From positions 43,420,001-43,544,000 of the forward strand of contig OX597822.1 in NCBI GenBank assembly GCA_951406725.2: a stretch of 124,000 bases of DNA. Direction: 5' to 3'. This DNA is from Octopus vulgaris (Eukaryota). A model generated the notes under the pieces. That model worked only from the letters and a program-made list of their open reading frames with translations. It was not told the origin of the DNA and searched no databases. A program made the translations under genes and the position numbers. The number at the start of each line of letters is the position of its first letter. Position 1 is the first letter of the stretch. Positions 32,370 through 53,361 of this stretch are shown here, one piece after another.

Positions 32370-32373
32370 TATA

Positions 32374-32704
32374 CAGTAGAACCTCGCAATACGAGAGCCC
32401 CATTGTACGAGTGATTTACTGTTCGAGCCGAGACTTATGCAAAAATTTGGCCTGTAGTACGAGCGGAAATCCGCAGTACGAGTACACAAATCATCCAGTC
32501 TTTAAGGTAATTCAGTTAATAAAACCAGTTTACATATTTCTCTTGCATTCTCTTTTTTATAATTGTCATTTTATTTGTAACTACACATTTTCTGATTTAA
32601 AACCCATCAAAAATTATTTTTGAATGTTTTTGGGGTGGGGCTGGAACGGATTAAGACAAGCTCGGTCATGGAACGAATTAAACTCGTACTACCAGATATC
32701 ACTG
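32374..32704. mobile_element. Tigger/pogo-like MITE
   Basis: TA-CAGTAGAACCTCG...ATATCACTG-TA ends, TA duplication, internal gtacgag repeats. Confidence 0.55.
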
Positions 32705-33251
32705 TATATGATTATATATGATTATAATTTTCTTTCGAAGAACAGCGTAGAAGTGCAAAGGTCGAACCCGACCCTATTACTTTCTGTGTATTATATATTG
32801 ACTTTTTAAAAGAAAACATTATTTTTCCTATATTTCATTATTTTGATCTATATTTTATTATTATTATGTTTACATACCTATATGTCCATGTATATTTTTA
32901 GTAATCCATACATTTTTATATTTCTAATATATCAATATATGATTCAGATTAAACAATTCTTATTTTATCTTAATTCATCCCGTATATGCATGTGTTAATC
33001 GTAGTCTGCCTGATTTAGACCTTTTCTATTGTATCTGTTATACTTGTATATATATATATACACATCTATCTATCTATATATATATATATATATATACACA
33101 CACATCTATATATATATGTGCGTGTGTTCTTTGTTTTTATGTTCAGTTATAATCAAAATTGTTTTACATTAATCTGATGGGGTACTTTATACTTTTGTAG
33201 AGCACAACTTTATTGTTCCTAAGCAAGAATTACTCTTGTTTAAGAATTATA

Positions 33252-33290
<39 letters not shown>

Positions 33291-33339
33291 CATATACATG
33301 TATATGTCTATACATATCTGTTTATATATATATGTATAG

Positions 33340-33410
<71 letters not shown>

Positions 33411-34906
33411 CATACATGTGTAAGCATATACAAAATCATACACACCCATATACGAATATAGGAGAACTACACAAAGCTTTCTTCCTTCCTAACTTAGGAG
33501 ATATATACTTAAGCTGCTCCTATCGTCCTTATTTATATGGCGGCCGTATTTATATAATAAAAGACATTTGGGTTTCTTCTGGGTGCCTTATTATTTTTAA
33601 TGGATTGAAGGAGACCACGCGATGCCACTGCATCGTATTATATACGTTCACCCTGTCTGTTAAAAGCCACTTTATCATGAAAGAGAAAGAGAAATAAATA
33701 GATTATAACAAAATTATTCTTATATATGTACAATTCTGGATGTCTATTATATTTAATGGTTTCTCCGAAACCACCAGACGCAAATGTATTATTATTTACA
33801 TTCGCCATTCTATTAAAAGCTACTTTATCATAGCAGTGAGAAAGAAAGGGTAAGACAGTGAGTGAGAGATAGCGAGATAGAGGGAGAATGAGAACAAAAG
33901 ATTATTGTAAAATTATGCTAATATATGTATATCGTATGTCAGTTGGTTGCAGTGATGCGTCAAGTTTGTCAGCAACATTGGTATATGTTAGTCATTATTA
34001 CCGCCTTCAGCTTCTATCACTGGCTACCAGAAATACGAAATGGAAAGCTGGGCGCTTATGTCCCATTTGCTTGTACATGTGATATTCATAAAGATGAAAC
34101 CCTGGACGAGAGCTAATGAGCCTTTACTGGTGGTTTAATCACAGGCAGGGCTTGTCCTAGGGTTGCTGGAGCCCCGAGCAAGCTGGACGTCGGCGCGTAT
34201 AAGATGACGTTTGTGGAAATTAAATTCTCTTGTCTTTGTCACGCCCTCCTTGGTGCTCCCTAGCACATGGCACCCCAGGTGACTGCCCAAGCTGCCGGTC
34301 CTGATTACTGACATATGTCATACCGTTTAAGATGTGAATTGAAGCTTTTGTTGGCCTTCAACAAATGTCCAGTTACAAGTAAACTTGTCCCATTGTTTTG
34401 TGAGTGCCGGAGATAACATGGGGTTAAAGGGGAAACAACTCTTAAAGAAATAAAGGAAAAGAACTTTGAAGACAGTATCATATAGCTATTGGGCAACTTC
34501 TGCACCAGAAGTAGTACTGGAAGTACTGCCTGTGATTTCCAATGGACTATACTGACGAGTCTGAGAAGCATATAGGACTAGGACCACCTTCTACTTGAGC
34601 TGAACGCTTATTATGTATTGGTTGAATTTCAGCAACAGTTATAGAAACTTTCTAGCTGTCTTTCCCGCTACGCTTAATTCCAGTATCGAAACGAAATTTC
34701 AGGTCGACGATATGAACGGGCAGTTACCATCACCAGAAGACTCCTTCTTACTTGTTTGGAGATTTGAAAGCCAGAGTCAGTGAAGAGCATGATGTCTGGG
34801 CTATATGCATCGGGAACCGCAGTGTGGATAAATGAACACGATCAGCTAAAGATTATTGGAACCGTGTTGCACCAGAGGCTTACACTACAATGTATATATA
34901 TATATA

Positions 34907-34939
<33 letters not shown>

Positions 34940-34964
34940 GTACATATATATATATATCACGTGA

Positions 34965-35170
34965 TCACGTGACCGACCAGACCATCAGATGTTGCAACAG
35001 TGAAAGAGTGTTGAAAGAGTGGTGAAAGAGTACAGCAGGGATCACCCCCCCCCATGCCGGAGTCTCGTGGAGCTTTTTTAAACATTCACAACGCCCGGTC
35101 TGGGAATCGAAACCGTGATTCTACGACCGCGAGTCCGCTGCCCTAACCACTGGGCCATTGCACCTCCACT
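34965..35170 (-). mobile_element. SINE family C head with alternative tail (internally deleted)
   Basis: Reverse complement gtggaggtgcaatggcccagtggttagggcagcggactcgcggtcgtagaatc...; tail matches 40600-40670. Confidence 0.7.
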
Positions 35171-35176
35171 TATATA

Positions 35177-35212
<36 letters not shown>

Positions 35213-35519
35213 TGTATGTATGTATAATGAACTCGTATCTTGCTGAACAATTACACAGATGATTTGTTTATTGTTTATAATGATCAAATATTTGTGTTCA
35301 GATAACCGCACTTCCTCCATTAGAGATGCATGACGAGCCACATGTCAGAATACGAAGTGATCGCAGCGCCACGTGGAATGAAGTGGTTTTCTGAAGAACT
35401 CAATGCAATGCCCGGTCTGGGAATCGAACCCATGATCTTGAAATCGAGAGTGCTACCACCCTTAACCGCTAAGCCATGGGCCTTTACACTCGCACAAACA
35501 CATGTCACTGAGAGAGAAA

Positions 35520-35566
<47 letters not shown>

Positions 35567-35619
35567 GGAGAGAGAGAGAAAATACAACTGGAGGCTCGGT
35601 TCATAAATTAAAAACATGA

Positions 35620-36140
35620 ACAGATTGCATTATGAAATCTTCAGAAATTGTGTAACGAACAAAAATTAAACTTTACAATTTATTAAGGACATCGCCGAAA
35701 AATATTAAGATACCTACAATATTAAGATATAGTGAGTAGTTGCGTTTGTTGAGACCATAACCTATCTGGATGTCCATTGTTAATTGTAAAGGTTATTTAC
35801 AATAGTTACGCAATCTCTGACTATTCAAAAATGTAATCTGTTTATAATACCTTCCTTTATATAACGTATATTATTGCGCGTAAAACATGTGTAAGATGGC
35901 GTAATCAAATAACTTGTGAGCCGATCTGCAGCTTTGGTTGATATTAAATTTAATCAATAAACGATTCTCCATAAAACCTTCCAACTTCAACCTACATTAC
36001 GACCTCATTATCATTCAACAGAACTCAGCATACCGTAGAAAATTTTAACTTAACAAAGATTATATAAAGCCAAGAGATACTCAAATGTTCTACAGTTCGA
36101 TGATCGCTTAGATGGCCGAAACTTCGAAGTCACCGTCAGG
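35620..36140 (+). mobile_element. PLE 3' remnant ending in a decayed hammerhead (36095-36133)
   Basis: gtt-CGATGA-tcgcttagatggcc-GAAAC-TTCGAA-GTC. Stem III is the 10-nt palindrome ACTTCGAAGT. Confidence 0.5.
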
Positions 36141-36190
36141 ACTACTCTTTGTTAAAGAATAATAAATATACAATATGTAATATATATATA

Positions 36191-36573
36191 TCTCTCTCTA
36201 TATAAACGGCAGTTTGTCTGTGCATTTTCTGTGTGTCTGTTTTCTCGTACCCTCACTCTGACCACGGCTTTCAACCGATTCTGATGAAACTTGACACACA
36301 CATAGCCCAATCTCATAATTCAAAACTAACGCAGCGAAAATTTTGAAAAGTTCCCCCAGTTCTGAAAAAAATCGATAAATTCGACATGGGGTCCAGAATC
36401 AGAAACCCAAACCACAGACCGTCTAGGGGACGCAAGCTCCACCTTTTTTAACTCTCAAAAAAAATTTACCATCATTTTTTTCCATTTTTTTGCTATTTTT
36501 TGGCTATAACTCTCTAAAAATGCTTTATAGTTATTTCCCTTACAAACCTGAGCAACGCCGGGCGATACTGCTA

Positions 36574-36574
<1 letters not shown>
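36191..36574 (+). mobile_element. Non-autonomous Helitron (second subfamily)
   Basis: 5' TCTCTCTCTATATAAACGGCAG, 3' hairpin plus CTAG, inserted at AT in (TA)n. Confidence 0.8.
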
Positions 36575-36617
<43 letters not shown>

Positions 36618-36644
36618 ATATACATATATATATGCATGTATGTA

Positions 36645-36722
<78 letters not shown>

Positions 36723-36759
36723 CAGATTATCTCTCTCTCTTTCTATCTATCTATCTATC

Positions 36760-37679
<920 letters not shown>

Positions 37680-38450
37680 CATATTCATGTATCTATCTAT
37701 CTATCTATCTATCTATCCATCTAGGATTATATACATAGACTCTCTCACCTTCTCTCTATATATGTATGTACAATTATGTAAATAATGTACATATATATAT
37801 GCATATATGTATACATACATATGCATACATATATGTTTGCATAAACACATATACACAGGCCCAGGGGAGAGAGGAGGAAGGGGGAGAGAAAGGAAGAGAT
37901 AAAGATGGAGGGATTGGTATATTTACTTAGTAAGATATTTATTTTTGTTTTTATTTCAAAATATACAATAACATATCTTCATTACCGGTTCTTGATACGA
38001 AATTATGTATAATTTTGTTGTATATAAATCGCATATAATTGCGTAGTATAATGTAATGGCGCATAGAATCGAACAGTGAACAAGGTAAACAAAAACTTTT
38101 AGAAAAACGACAAAAACAAAAGAAAAAAAAGGCTAAAAAGAAGCCAGACAATTAAGTTTCACGAATATATTTCTTGATATTAAATTAGAATGGGTCTCTC
38201 AAAATGGTTTTATTCTTTGAGTATAACCATTTTCCAGAATATTTTATGTCTAAAAGACGTATGGAGAAAGGATACAATGTGAGACCTTTCGTTATTTGTT
38301 ATTGATTATTGATCTCTGTCAGACATTTAATATATAACAGCAATTTCGTGCTTGAACTCCAAGTTAACCCGTGTCAAATGTATTGGTGGCTTTACTCTCA
38401 TTGAGTAATTTTATTAAAAATATTTCGGAAGGTCTCCATTTCATAATATC

Positions 38451-38635
38451 TTCTTCTTCTTCTTCTTCTTCTTCTTCTTCTTCTTCTTCTTCTTCTTCTT
38501 CTTCTTCTTCTTCTTCTTCTTCTTCTTCTTCTTCTTCTTCTTCTTCTTCTTCTTCTTCTTCTTCTTCTTCTTCTTCTTCTTCTTCTTCTTCTTCTTCTTC
38601 TTCTTCTTCTTCTTCTTCTTCTTCTTCTTCTAAGC

Positions 38636-38682
<47 letters not shown>

Positions 38683-38696
38683 TAATAATAATAATA

Positions 38697-38760
<64 letters not shown>

Positions 38761-38774
38761 TAATAATAATAATA

Positions 38775-38838
<64 letters not shown>
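38451..38838. repeat. (TCT)n about 60 units followed directly by (AAT)n
   Basis: Read directly from the sequence. Confidence 0.95.
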
Positions 38839-38990
38839 GTTTTGGCACAAGGCCAACAAGCTCGTGGGACGTGGGCATGAATCGATTACATCGACTTCAG
38901 TGACTAACTGGTACTTATTTAATTGACTCCGAAATGATGAAAGGCAAAGTCGACCTCGGCCGAATTTGAATTCGAACACACACACACATA

Positions 38991-39047
<57 letters not shown>

Positions 39048-40361
39048 CACACAACAACAACAACAACAACAACATACACATACACCCATGTACGTATATA
39101 TGTATGTATGTGCGTGTGCATGTCATTGTTAAGTTTTATTTCAAGATTTCCTGCTATTAGAGAAAGAGTCGGTTTCTAACCTAGATTCAAGATTCCTTCA
39201 TTGGAATTTCAACATCAACAACAGGGTATTTTTGTATGAATGTATGTATGCACAGATTTGTATGTTTTATGTATGTATTCTCATGCATATAGTTACAAAG
39301 ACATGCTCATATATATTTAAATGATAATTGTCTGGAAAATTTTACAGATTTTTACAGTTCCAGTGATGGATTAGATCTGTAGTCTTCGAATTAGCTTTCT
39401 CCTTTCTGGATTTGGGAAGCCCAATCTCTCAAAATTGGTGTTTAATGTATGTATGTATGTATGTATGTATGTAAGCTTGTTTTCGTTTAAGAGTTCCGAT
39501 TTGAAGGAATTCGTAAACTAAGAAGTGGAAGTGATCTGCATTCAACGCCTTAGTCCACTTCAGCAGCCGTAAACGACAAAGGAATATTAGTGGAAAGCTG
39601 CAGTTTAAAATGTGACACGTAGAAACATGTCTACTTATACCTGTATAAGTTCCGTTTTCTGCAATAACCGGAAGTGGGTCAGGAGAAATCTTTAATGAAT
39701 ACCCCTCGTACTTTGCCCATTTACACACTGTCTTTCCAACTGACGTCTCAGAATGAACTGGTTGTAGCCCCCAAGTAAACATGGGTCAGGGAAAAACTTA
39801 ATCAACCAGAAGGGTTGAAATTCATGCAATAGCACAAAATGTGGGAGCTGAGGGATATCCAGCAGTTATGCCAAGGAGGCAGGCCGGACCCTTAGAGTTC
39901 ACGTAGTTATGGGTCGAAAGGCTGGTACGACAGGAGTTGCTTCTTCTCCGAAGACATTCGGCTGTTCAGGTCTTAACATTTCGTACGACTCTCTAATTGT
40001 TTTTTGTTTCAGAAATTAACTTCCGTTTCATTTTTTGGATATAAGTTACGGGACTCAGTATTACTCAAAGTTAAAGAGGCGAGCGGGGAGAAACGTTGCA
40101 CTTCGGGCAAAATATTCAGTGGTATTTCGTCTGTTTTTAGGTTCTGGGTTAAAATTCTGCCAAGGTCAATTTCGCCTTTCATCCTTTTGGAGCCGATAAA
40201 ATAAGTACCAGCTGAACACTGGGCTCGACACTATTTCTATGCTCAGTTAAATATTATGGAATATATATCCATTTACACACCGTCTTTCCAATAATGGTGA
40301 TATTAATCGTCTATAGTGTTAGCTACATTAATTATTAGGCCTTATAAGAACTATTGAGTGT

Positions 40362-40670
40362 GGAGGTGCATTGGCCCAGTGGTAGGGGCAGTGGACTCGC
40401 GATCATAGGATCGCGGTTTCGATTCCCAGACCGAGCGTTGTGAGTGTTTGTTGAGCGAAAACACCTAAAGCTCCACGAGGCTCCGGCAGTGGGTGTTGGC
40501 GATCCCTGCCGTACTCTTTCGCCACAAATTTCTCTCACTCTTTCTTCTGTTGGCCTGCTCGCTTAGCCAGCGGAGTGGCACCATTGGAAGGCTAAAACAA
40601 TGCGAAGTCTAGTGACCAGCGATGTGTAGCAACATCTGATAGTCTGGTCGGTCACAGTGATCACGGTGAT
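40362..40670 (+). mobile_element. SINE family C head with a third tail type
   Basis: Tail ggcctgctcgcttagccagc...gtgaccagcgatgtgtagcaacatc...ggtcacagtgatcac, also found alone at 109395-109520. Confidence 0.75.
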
Positions 40671-41945
40671 AAGAAATATTGTACTATTCTGTGACTGTAG
40701 CATTGTTGGCTATAGGAGTGCTACCAATAGTCATTGCTTAGTTCCATATCAGCTTGAATGAATAAAGTTATACTTGAAAACGGTGCAGCCACGAATATCC
40801 AGTTCATGAGGCCATTGCTGTCGTTGGTTTTATTGCTGTTCTGTTTCAAATCATTCCTGATGGGGCCAACGCAGTGAAACCATTGCGAATATAAGCACGT
40901 CGTCCATTTTCTACGTATAGTATACATTGGACTATATTAACCGATGTATAACGTGTTCGTTAAAATTATAGGTTCTCAATTGAGTGTGATTTTATGGTTA
41001 TCAGGGCTTGTGTGCACACAAAAAGGCTACCTCTAATACTCGAAACTAGACACTAATCACATTTAGAGTTAGAGAAACGTCTGCTCACATTAACAACATG
41101 CGATATATTATCTGTGGTGATAAGACGTGGACCAGTTTAAAACTACTACTGGCCGGTAGGTGTCTCTACCTCACATTTTTACAAACATTCGGATTAAATT
41201 ATCTCCACTGACTAGTATGTGTCTCTACCTTTAATTTTTTACAAGCATACGGACTAGATTTCCAATTTAAGAATAATGAGATCTTGTATTTTCCTTCCTC
41301 CGTCTTAGCTGTCACAAAGACCTTCAAACAGGTTGCTGGCGCTGTTCATTCTGATGTCATGTAGCCATAAGTATAATAATGAAGCCCTAATCTAATTTTG
41401 GAATATAACATCAGGAGCTTGTCGATTTTTGATTTAATCATCTTGAAAAATTCCTTTTTTTCCCCCAGTCAGCACAACCAGTGTATCGGCCTGAATTGTC
41501 TTCATTTTGCATTCAAAATTACGGTCAATAGCTGGAAAATCTTAATTCTAATTGTTGATAAATATATTCCTTCCCGTTGCACTTTATCAAATTTCCTTCC
41601 GTTCTTGTTTTTATTATACTATCCACCAATATTTTTTCGGCGTTCTTTCCCATATTGTATCTGGTCGACTTCCAACTGGCCGCAGGAAAGAAATTCTAAA
41701 CTCCTTGAGTATAGTATTAATACACTTCACTGCTATTGTATGTGTCTCATCACAAATTTCTTTCGTCTTTTGTCTTCTGTCTAAGTCATTAACATAACTT
41801 TTCATCGGCTCATCTCAGTACTTTACTGCAAAAGACAATATTTATATACATATACCTAATACACACGCATACATTCATACAAACATGAATACATACATAG
41901 ATACGTAAATATACGTATATACACGAACATATATACATACATATG

Positions 41946-41989
<44 letters not shown>

Positions 41990-41993
41990 TGTG

Positions 41994-42063
<70 letters not shown>

Positions 42064-42308
42064 TGTATGTATGTATGTATGTATACGTATATAATACAGA
42101 TATGTGTGTATGTTGTACATACGCACTCTGTAAGTAGAGTGGCGGTGCAGTGATGTCAGCTGAAAACCTAACAAACGAACAAATGGTTCAAAGTGGGTGC
42201 AAACAAACACCTCTTTCCACCTCTCTCTTTTCTCCTCTCTCTCATTATATATATTTGTGTGTGTGTATATATTTGTGTATAATATACACACGCACACCGC
42301 ACACACAT

Positions 42309-42341
<33 letters not shown>

Positions 42342-42403
42342 CATACGTACAGATATACATCCATATTTATACGTATATATATACATATATGTATATATAT
42401 TTA

Positions 42404-42474
<71 letters not shown>

Positions 42475-42477
42475 ATA

Positions 42478-42528
<51 letters not shown>

Positions 42529-43052
42529 AATCGTATATAGAGTGTATATGTAAAGAGAGACATAAGTATATATAAAGGCTTCGATATAGAAATGCGGTAG
42601 TTTCATATATGCATATATACATACACACATACATGCATGCATACATACAAACATACATACATACATACAAACATACATACATACATACATACATACAGAA
42701 GCTGTGAAATATTAACACAATACACACCTGTATGTCTGTGTGTCACTGTGTGAACGCGTGCACGTGCGTGCGTGTGTGTGTATGTGTGTGTTTTGGGTGT
42801 GTTGGGAGGGTTTGACAGCTTGTTCGATTTTTATAAAGTCAAGCAACAGGAACTGCCTCAGGCCCATCATCTTCAAAAGCTCTTCTACTCAATTATTCTG
42901 CCGCTTTCCCGTCTCTTTCACCTTTAATTTCACACTCCATCCCCCTCTTCATCCTCCTTCCCTCCTCCTCGACCTCCCGCTTCTGTCTCCCCCTTCCTCT
43001 TCATCTTCTTCCCTTCTTTTTGTTTTCGTTCCCCTTTACCTTTTTGCTATTG

Positions 43053-43128
<76 letters not shown>

Positions 43129-43260
43129 CATTAAGGCGGCTAGCTGACAAAATCGATATCCCGCTGGGTGAAATGCTTAGTGATATTTCGCCCATCGCTA
43201 TATTCTGAGTTCAAATTCGGCTGAGGTCGACTTTGCTTTTTATCTTTTCGGGGTCCTTAG

Positions 43261-44400
43261 ATATGGAGCAGAGGTAATTGCGTGGAGAATAGACGGACTA
43301 AACAGCCTAGACAGAAAGACAAGGAAGTTGCTTACTAGATATGGGTCACTCTACCCAAAAAGCGACACAGACAAACTCTATGTACAAAGAAAAAGAGGGG
43401 GAACAGGACTTATTGGATGCGAACATAGCATTAGAGCAGAAGAAAACAACATAGTATGGTATGTAAAAAATGTCACAGAACCTCTTTTACTAGGAGTAAG
43501 AAGGTCAGGCTTTGTAGGATGAAAGATTGCAAAGATAAAGCACAATACAAGAAAGTGAAAACGAATGAAACTAAGAACAGGTGGGTAAAGAAAAAAAATG
43601 CATGGACAATTTCATATGGATGTTGAAGATAAGACAGACAGAGAAAAAAGATGGCTGTGGATGACTAAAGTAATTTAAAACCGGAAACGATGGCTCTAAT
43701 CTGTGCTGCCCAAGAGCAAGCACTAAGAACACATTACATAAAATACAGAATAGACAACACATCAGAAAGTGATAAGTGCAGAATCTATGGACAAAACGGT
43801 GAAACCGTATGGCATATTACCAGCCAAAGTAGGCTACTAGCCCAGAAGGAATATAAGAGACGCCACGACAATGTTGCCAGGCTTGTAATTTGGATACTTT
43901 GCAACAAATATGGACTTGACAGAGCAAAAAATTGGTACGACCACAAACCTGAAGTCATCGTGATTTTTTGATTCAGTGCGACCATGAGATAGAGAATACG
44001 AAGCCAGACATTGTCTTAATTGGGAAAGAAACCAAACTATGCTGGATCATAGATATAGCATGCTCTCAACAAGGTATGCGATAAGGAAGAAATAAAAGTC
44101 GATAGATATGACAGGTTAGCTTGGGAGGTTAAGCGGTTCTGGTCGCTGAAAAACGTGGTAGTAGTACCAACAATTATCGGAGCCCTGGGAAAAGTGAGTA
44201 AAAATCTTGAGAAGTACGTGGAACAAATACGGGCTGCAATAAGGGTGGAGCAATTGCAGAAAACAGCACTGCTTGGAACCGCTCGAATACTCCGGAAGCT
44301 GTTCGAAAAATAAGAGGTGTTATCTTAGTTCACTGGTAGTGAACAGATGACACCGTAGTACATCTCCAGCGTTAGAAGCTGAGCAATGGCAATAAAAGTG
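43261..44400 (+). mobile_element. R4/Dong-like RLE non-LTR element, 3' part (family 2)
   Basis: PKSDTDKLYVQRKRGGTGL, ICAAQEQALRT, CCHC-derived CRIYGQNGETVWHITS, KPDIVL..., LLGTARILRK. The 3' end runs into (AAT)n. Confidence 0.8.
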
Positions 44401-44451
44401 ATAATAATAATGATAATAATATTAATAATGATGATGATGATGGTGATGATG

Positions 44452-47473
<3,022 letters not shown>

Positions 47474-47479
47474 TAGTAA

Positions 47480-47900
47480 TCCTTTCTACAAAGGACACAA
47501 GTCCTGATATTTTGGGGGAGGGGTTAAATCAATTACATCGACCCTAGTACTTTACTGGTACTCAACTTATCGACCTCAAAATGATTAAAAGGAAAGTAAA
47601 CTTCGGCGGAATTTGAACTCAGAATGTAAAGACGGACGATAAGCATTTCGCCCGGCGTGCTAATGTTACCAGTTCAACGCCTTAGTAATAATAATAACTA
47701 TCCTTTCTTCTAAAGGCCCAAAGCCTGAAATTTGTGGGGGAAAGGGAAGGTCGATCACATCGACTCTAGCGTTTGATTGGTACTTAATTTATCGACCCCG
47801 AAAAGATGACAGGCAAAAGCTACCTCGGTGGAATTTGAACTCAGAGCGTAATGACGGGTGAAATACTGCTGAGCATTTGTCCGGCTTGCTAACGATTTTC
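47480..47900 (-). mobile_element. Two SINE family A copies
   Basis: Reverse complement SINE-A motifs. Confidence 0.75.
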
Positions 47901-47916
47901 TTTGTGTAAAAGAAGA

Positions 47917-48366
47917 GTTGCAGCAAATATTCTGCTCAATACCACAGATTTGCTTGTCAGTTGTTTGACATTAATCAGTTGAGCATGTCCCTTAGTGGCT
48001 GACAATATGTGCATCTCTGAGCAGAACTAGTGGGAGAGCATCATAGACATGTGTTGAGAGGGATTCTTTAGGGCTTGGATAATTCACCTTTGGAAATATG
48101 AGTGTTTCGTTCAACATCCCTAAGCAAACCTTACTCATGGACCTTTTGTGTGGGATGGACTACTCGACCCGAAGAAAATTCTAACTGGGCCCCAGTTGCT
48201 AAGTCATGCGCTGTTTATCTTGATATGAGACCACCACGTAGCGCACATATGGTTGTGATGAATGTTCTTGGTGTACCCTTATCAGACGGGTAGTCATGAT
48301 AAGTATACTGGGCTTCGTATATTTTGCCGCAGTGTTGTATTGATCGCATGCACTGCTCTCTCACTC
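47917..48366 (+). mobile_element. (AAT)n-associated 560-bp non-coding element, 5'-truncated copy
   Basis: Homologous to 50705-51259; ends ...ctgctctctcactc. Confidence 0.7.
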
Positions 48367-48384
48367 AAAAAGGATAATAATTAA

Positions 48385-49075
48385 GGACTAATTGAATAAA
48401 AGCCAAGATAGACAAAAGCAAATTAGATTCCCAATGTAGATTATGCAAATCAAAAGAGGAAAGCCTTACTCACATAGTAAGCGATTGTAGCATGCTGGCA
48501 CAGAAAGAATACAAGAAAAACATGACCATCTAGGGGGAATAACCTATTGGGAGTTATCTAGAAGGCTTGTATTTGAACATACTAATAAATGGTATGAAGA
48601 TGAACCTAGTAAAAACTAGAAAGTAAGAAATATAAGATGTTCTAAGACTGATAAATTAATAGAAGCTAGGTCTGGGAATAGAAAGTACCAGATAATTGAC
48701 TTTACAGTGCCAAATGACGAAAACATTAACATGAGAAGTATAGAAAAATAGCAAACTACCAGGACCTAGCTGTTGAATTACAGAGACTATGGTAAGTGCA
48801 GGTAAAATGTATCCCAGTAGTTATAAGTGCATTGGGAACTATCCCTAAAGATTTGAACAGACGGATAGAAGAAATAGCCATAAAACTCACTTTAGTATAT
48901 CTGCAGAAAACAGTGTTATTAGGGTCAGCTAGGACACTTAGGAGGGTTCTTGGCATCTAAGGTTATTTGTTGCAGCCCGATAGGAGGGTTCTTGGGGTCT
49001 AGGTCTACTTGTTTTAGCCCGATATTAGGTTTTTTTCTTTTCTAACAGTCTAATCTGTTGAGTGTATATGAAAAT
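48385..49075 (+). mobile_element. Dong-like 3' remnant (family 3)
   Basis: CRLCKSKEESLTHIVSDCSMLAQKEYKK, LLGSARTLRRVL; ends in (AAT)n. Confidence 0.75.
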
Positions 49076-49294
49076 AATAATAATCTTTTCTGCTATAGGC
49101 ACAAAACCTGTATTTTGCGGGTAGGGGGTCAGTCGATCACATCGACCCCATTACTCAACTGGTACTTAATTTATCGTCCCGAAAGGATGAAAGGTGAAGT
49201 CGATCTCGGCGGAATTTGAACTCAGAATGTAGCGATGGGCGAAATACTGCGAAGCATTTCGTCCAGCGATTCTGCCAGCTCGCCGGTTCAATAA

Positions 49295-51259
<1,965 letters not shown>

Positions 51260-51268
51260 AATAATAAA

Positions 51269-51321
<53 letters not shown>

Positions 51322-51324
51322 TAA

Positions 51325-52100
51325 CAGAGCTCTGAAATCTATCCACAAACATCGAAAACAAGGACATCGTATGAAACCAAAGATTTACTAACAAAGGATT
51401 GGACTGTACCCGAGTAAGTAATGCCATCAGAGCATCACAACAAATCACAGCATATACCTAAGGCACACAGAGCTGCACTCGGTAGTGAAGTGAAAGCACG
51501 CTATAAAAATAAAACTACTGAATGATAATAATAATAATAATAATACATTGGAAGCTATGCCAACATTATGGAATAACAACAGAAAAAAGATGGTATAGGC
51601 ACACACCAGAAAAGGTCACAGAAAACGAGAAAGCAATCATACTCTGGGATATGCCGATACACACAGATAGAGAAATTAAGGCCAACAGACCAGATATAGT
51701 TGTCAGAGATCATGAAGAAAAAATGCTTTCTAATTGATATATCAATACTGGCAGATGACAACGTTTCTCTAAAAGAAATGGAGAAACTCTCAAAATACAA
51801 AGGCCTGGAAATAGAGGTAACCAGAATGTGGAATCTAAAAACAGAAACAATTCCTATCATAGTAGGTGCATTAGGCATGATAAAAAAATATTCAGACAAA
51901 TACATAACAAAAACACCAGGACTTACAAACACATATAACATACAGAAAATTGCACTACTAGGCACTGCACACATCCTACGCAGAGCACTTTCCATACAAT
52001 AACCATCAGAGCATCACAACAAATCACAGCACATACCCAAGGCACACAGAGCTGCGCTCGATAGTTAAGTGAAAGCACGCTATAAAATAAAACTACTGAA
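51325..52100 (+). mobile_element. Two Dong family 1 derivatives separated by (AAT)n: short fused piece (51325-51522) and RLE/3' UTR (51546-52100)
   Basis: Both end with the family 1 3' UTR ...gtgaaagcacgctataaaaataaaactactg(AAT)n. Confidence 0.8.
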
Positions 52101-52117
52101 TAATAATAATAATAATA

Positions 52118-53230
52118 AGTAGTAAAGTCAAGTTCAATAGAATTAGATGTCGAAACAATAATAAAGGAACTTGAGCAGGAACAAACCTATAAATACCTAG
52201 GAATAAATGAAGGCTCTGGTATCCAGCATGCAAGTATGAATGAGAAAGTTAGGAAGGAATGTTATAAAAGAGTACGAGCAATCCTGAAGTCTGAGCTGAA
52301 TGCATATAATAAGGTGTTAGCCATAAATTTCTTAGCAGTCCCAGTTGTTCTTTATAGCTTCAATGTACTTAACTGGAATACCAGTGAAATAATGAAAATT
52401 GATAGAAAAATCCGCAAGGTACTGACTTGTAATAAGAAGCACCATCCAAAGGCAGACGTGGATCGTCTTTACCTTCCTAGAGCTCAGGGACGTCGAGGTC
52501 TGATCCAGCTTGAACTTACATACAAGACCATCACAATCGGACTGGCCAAATACCTTGAAGCAACTAACGATTGGATGCTAAAACTTGTTGAAAAACATGA
52601 AAGACCGAAAAACTTCACTCTATTTTGAAAGAGAGCAAAAAAATCGCTACTGATGTCTTAGATACCTCCCAGATTGATCAGGTTGAAGGAAATACGCCAA
52701 CTGATGCTGCAAAGAAAATAAGATTAATTGAAAAGACAAAAGCTAATAAACCGGATATTATTATAAAAGATCAGACAAAAAAGATGTGTTTATTAATTGA
52801 CATGAGTATTCCTTGCGATCACAATATAGAGGCGAAAGAATATGACAAGATCAGTAAATATAAAGATTTGCTAATAGAAATTGAAAAAAATTTGGCATAT
52901 CAATGCGACTACAGCACCAGTGATTATAGGATCTCTAGGAATGATAAAAAAAGGTAATGAAACCTGTTTGAAAATGATGCCAGGCTTACCATTCCTACAG
53001 GAGATGCAAAAAATCGTGTTAACTGGTACGGCTCATGTACTGAGAAGAGCATTTTCGCCGTGAAAACGACATCCATTCATAAATTTATTTATTTATTCAT
53101 TTTTTAAATGCATATTTACCTGTGAATTTGCGTGTGTAATCTGGGAATGCATACGATGAGCTTCTCTGCCCTAGGTGTACAGAAAACACTCGGCGAGAAA
53201 CGGAAGAAAATTTGAAGAAAGAAGGAAAAA
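52118..53230 (+). mobile_element. Dong-like element (family 4), internally deleted
   Basis: YKYLG, HHPKADVDRLYL, then a jump to KPDIIIKD...LIDMSIP...LTGTAHVLRR; ends in (AAT)n. Confidence 0.8.
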
Positions 53231-53269
53231 ATAACAATAATGATAATAATAATAATACTAATAATAATA

Positions 53270-53361
<92 letters not shown>
